Shown here in pieces: positions 34,652 through 37,194 of a DNA stretch of 37,194 nucleotides (positions within the stretch are counted from its first letter, which is position 1; every line of letters starts with the position of its first letter). The stretch is taken from NCBI RefSeq assembly GCF_001194135.2, contig NC_069000.1, positions 22,638,225 to 22,675,418 on the forward strand, read 5' to 3'. This DNA is from Octopus bimaculoides. Lineage: Eukaryota. Below the pieces are notes generated by a model that was not told the DNA's origin, did not search any database, and saw nothing but the letters and a program-made list of their open reading frames with translations. Position numbers and translations under genes: made by a program.

Positions 34652-35460
34652 TAGCAATAATCAGAATAATAACAAAAATATCAACATAAAGTATTAATAA
34701 AAAATATAAAGACATGATATAAATAATAATATAAAAATACCAAATATATCATTTTTTTATTGCTTTAGTCAGGAGGAAAGGATTGTGTCTATAGTCTTTG
34801 CAAGACAAGTTACAAAAATAACAAAAAAGTATTAAAACAAAATTTTAAAATAAAATATCTAAATATCAAATTTAAAAAAAATCAACAAAAAATTATAATA
34901 AATATGATATAATAAATAAAATAATGAAACAATGCCCAAAATATATCATAAAAATAAACAAGAAATTAAAAGAATTTATAAAAAATACTGAAAAATACTA
35001 TAAATAATAAATGAAAAGGAATAAAAAATAACAGATAATTTCTATAGGAGATAGTGTGGGATATAAAAATAAAATATACTCTTTGCATAAATTTGCATAT
35101 AATTATAGTGATTAAAATAATATTGACTAATGTATTTACTTTTAGATCCAAAATACAGCTATTTTATTATATTTTAGGTCACTATTGATGTTGTTGCTGC
35201 TGCTGCTGCTGCTGCTGTGGTTAGTTATTGTTCTTATTGCTAATTTTTCAAGTCACTGTGACTGCTTGTGTTGTTGCAGTTGTTGTTGTCATTGTTGTTG
35301 TTCATGCTGCTAGGCTTCTTGTTATTCTTGTAGCTATTGTACACATTACTAGGATTGATGTTGTTGTTATTGTTGTAAGTTATTGTAAACATCACAGCAA
35401 TTTATTCTTCTTTTCTTTTGATGTTGCTGTGTTATATTTATTGTTGCCATTATTGTTGAT
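34520..35460. repeat. AT-rich low complexity, (TAA)n, (GCT)n, (GTT)n
   Basis: Direct reading. Confidence 0.85.
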
Positions 35461-35463
35461 GGT

Positions 35464-35772
35464 GAAGGTGCATGGCTTAGTGGTTAGGGTGTTCGGCTCA
35501 TGATTGCAAGGTCAGGAGTTCAATTCCCGGCAGCGTGTCCTTGAGCAAGATACTTTATTTCATATTGCTCCAATCCACTCAGCAGGTAAAAATAAGTTCT
35601 ACCTGTAATTCTACCATGTCATATTCTGTGTCATGCTGAATCTCCCAGAGAACTACGTGAAGAGTACATGTGTCTGTGGAGTGCTCAGCCACTTGTGCTT
35701 TGATTTCATGAGCAGGCTGTTCCATTGATCAGATCAACTGGAACCATCATCATTGTAAGTGACGTAGTACCA
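35464..35772 (+). mobile_element. tRNA-derived SINE family H
   Basis: A box tggcttagtgg, B box gttcaattcc, ccttgagcaaga core. Confidence 0.85.
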
Positions 35773-35774
35773 GT

Positions 35775-36300
35775 GCCAAGCAAGCTGGTAGAATCGTTAG
35801 CATGCTGGATGAAATGCTTTGTAGCATTCCTTCTTGGCTTTACATTTTGAGTTCAAATTCTCCTGAGGTTGACGTTACCTTTTATCTTTTTGGGGTCAAT
35901 AAAATAAGTATCAGTTGAGTACTGGGATCAATGTAATCAACTTAATCCCTCCCTCAGAATTACTGGTTTTGTGCCAATATTTGAAATCATTCTTGATTCC
36001 ATTGTGAAGATGGAAAGCTAGCAGAATCATGGCATGCTGGGCAAAATGCTTAGTGGCATTTTGTCTGTCTTTATGTTCTGAGTTCAAATTCTGCTGAGGT
36101 CAACTTTGTCTTTCATCCTTTTGGGGGTCAATAAAATAAATACCAATTGAGTACTGGGGTTAATGTAATCGACTTAACCACACTCTACAGGAATTACTAG
36201 CCTTGTGCTAAAATCTGGAATCATTGTTGATGCCATTGTGAAGAAGGAAAGCTGGTGGAATCATTAGCGTGTCAGATAAAATGGCTAGTAACATTTCTTT
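35775..36300 (+). mobile_element. Tandem array (~2.3 units, 234-bp period) of SINE family B
   Basis: Repeated junction ccattgtgaaga at 35999 and 36233. Confidence 0.85.
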
Positions 36301-36314
36301 GAACCTTGATTCAT

Positions 36315-36990
36315 TTAGACAAATTCATTGCTATTTCTAATTCTTTCCTTTTCATGGATGAGATCTTTCAGCTATTCATTAGGTTGGCCATGGGCACAAA
36401 AGTGGACCCCAAGTATGCTAATGTATCTCTTGGTTAGGTTAAGTCCCAAATATTTTCCCAGTTCTCTGGTCCTACCCTAATTTTTAAGCCCCAGTTATGT
36501 CAGTTTGTCGATTATGATGAGTCCCAAATGTCTTCCCAGTTCATTGGTGTTAACCCTAAAGCTTAGATCCTAATTATATCAATCTATCTCTTTTTTATGT
36601 CAAGTCCCAAATATTTTACCAGTTCACTGAGAAAATATATAGAGCTACAAAGAAAATATACAGAGCTACAGGGCCACTACATTGATGATTGTATCAGTTC
36701 CACCTCTCTCTCTCTCTCTCTCTTTCTCTCTACCCTATAAAGCACTAAACTTCATCTCCTTCATTAACTCCCTTATTTTACCTCTCCATCTCTGATATCT
36801 CCCTCAATTTCCTTGACATTTATATTTCTGTTGACCAACTCACTCTTACCATCTCTGCTTCCTTTAAACCCACTGATCCCCACTTCTACCTTGATTGGTC
36901 TTCTTTCCACTCTGCTCATGCCAAGCACACCATCCCTTTCTCCACCATTTCTCTAGCTGCAATCATGACTCTGAGACTCACACTTAACAT
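36315..36990 (+). mobile_element. Decayed Penelope-like element reverse transcriptase fragment
   Basis: AMGTKVDPKYANV, HYIDDCISST, SLNFLDIYI, FKPTDPHFYLDWSSFH..KHTIPFS, matching Penelope RT motifs. Confidence 0.85.
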
Positions 36991-37157
36991 AAGGCCTATG
37001 GACTCTTATACAGCTCCCCATAAACTGATTCTGATTTCATAGAATATAGGTTCTAAGTAGATTTGCTTGTGGTGTTGAAGCGTTGGTCTGATACAGAGTT
37101 ACTTCACATTACTATAGAAGTGTATCTGTGTGTTTTAATGTATGTGTTTGCATTGAA

Positions 37158-37194
<37 letters not shown>

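Overview
This is AT-rich eukaryotic DNA dominated by repeats, with several N gaps. It is most likely cephalopod (Octopus-like), inferred from the SINE families and microsatellite load rather than from a database search. I found no recognisable host protein-coding gene, and most listed ORFs are microsatellite or gap artefacts. The window is a mosaic of: (1) at least five tRNA-derived SINE families; (2) decayed RTE-clade LINE fragments; (3) an R4/Dong-like endonuclease 3' end sitting in (TAA)n; (4) a Penelope-like RT remnant; (5) several mariner fragments and MITEs; (6) hAT-like MITEs; (7) two degenerate minisatellites. The most notable signal is nine minimal type-I hammerhead-ribozyme-like motifs (CUGANGA...GAAA...UH, mostly with a palindromic or near-palindromic helix III), of at least four sequence types and on both strands. 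Four of them cluster within about 1.3 kb (13136-14457). They fit Penelope-like or retrozyme-type elements, and their activity is untested.
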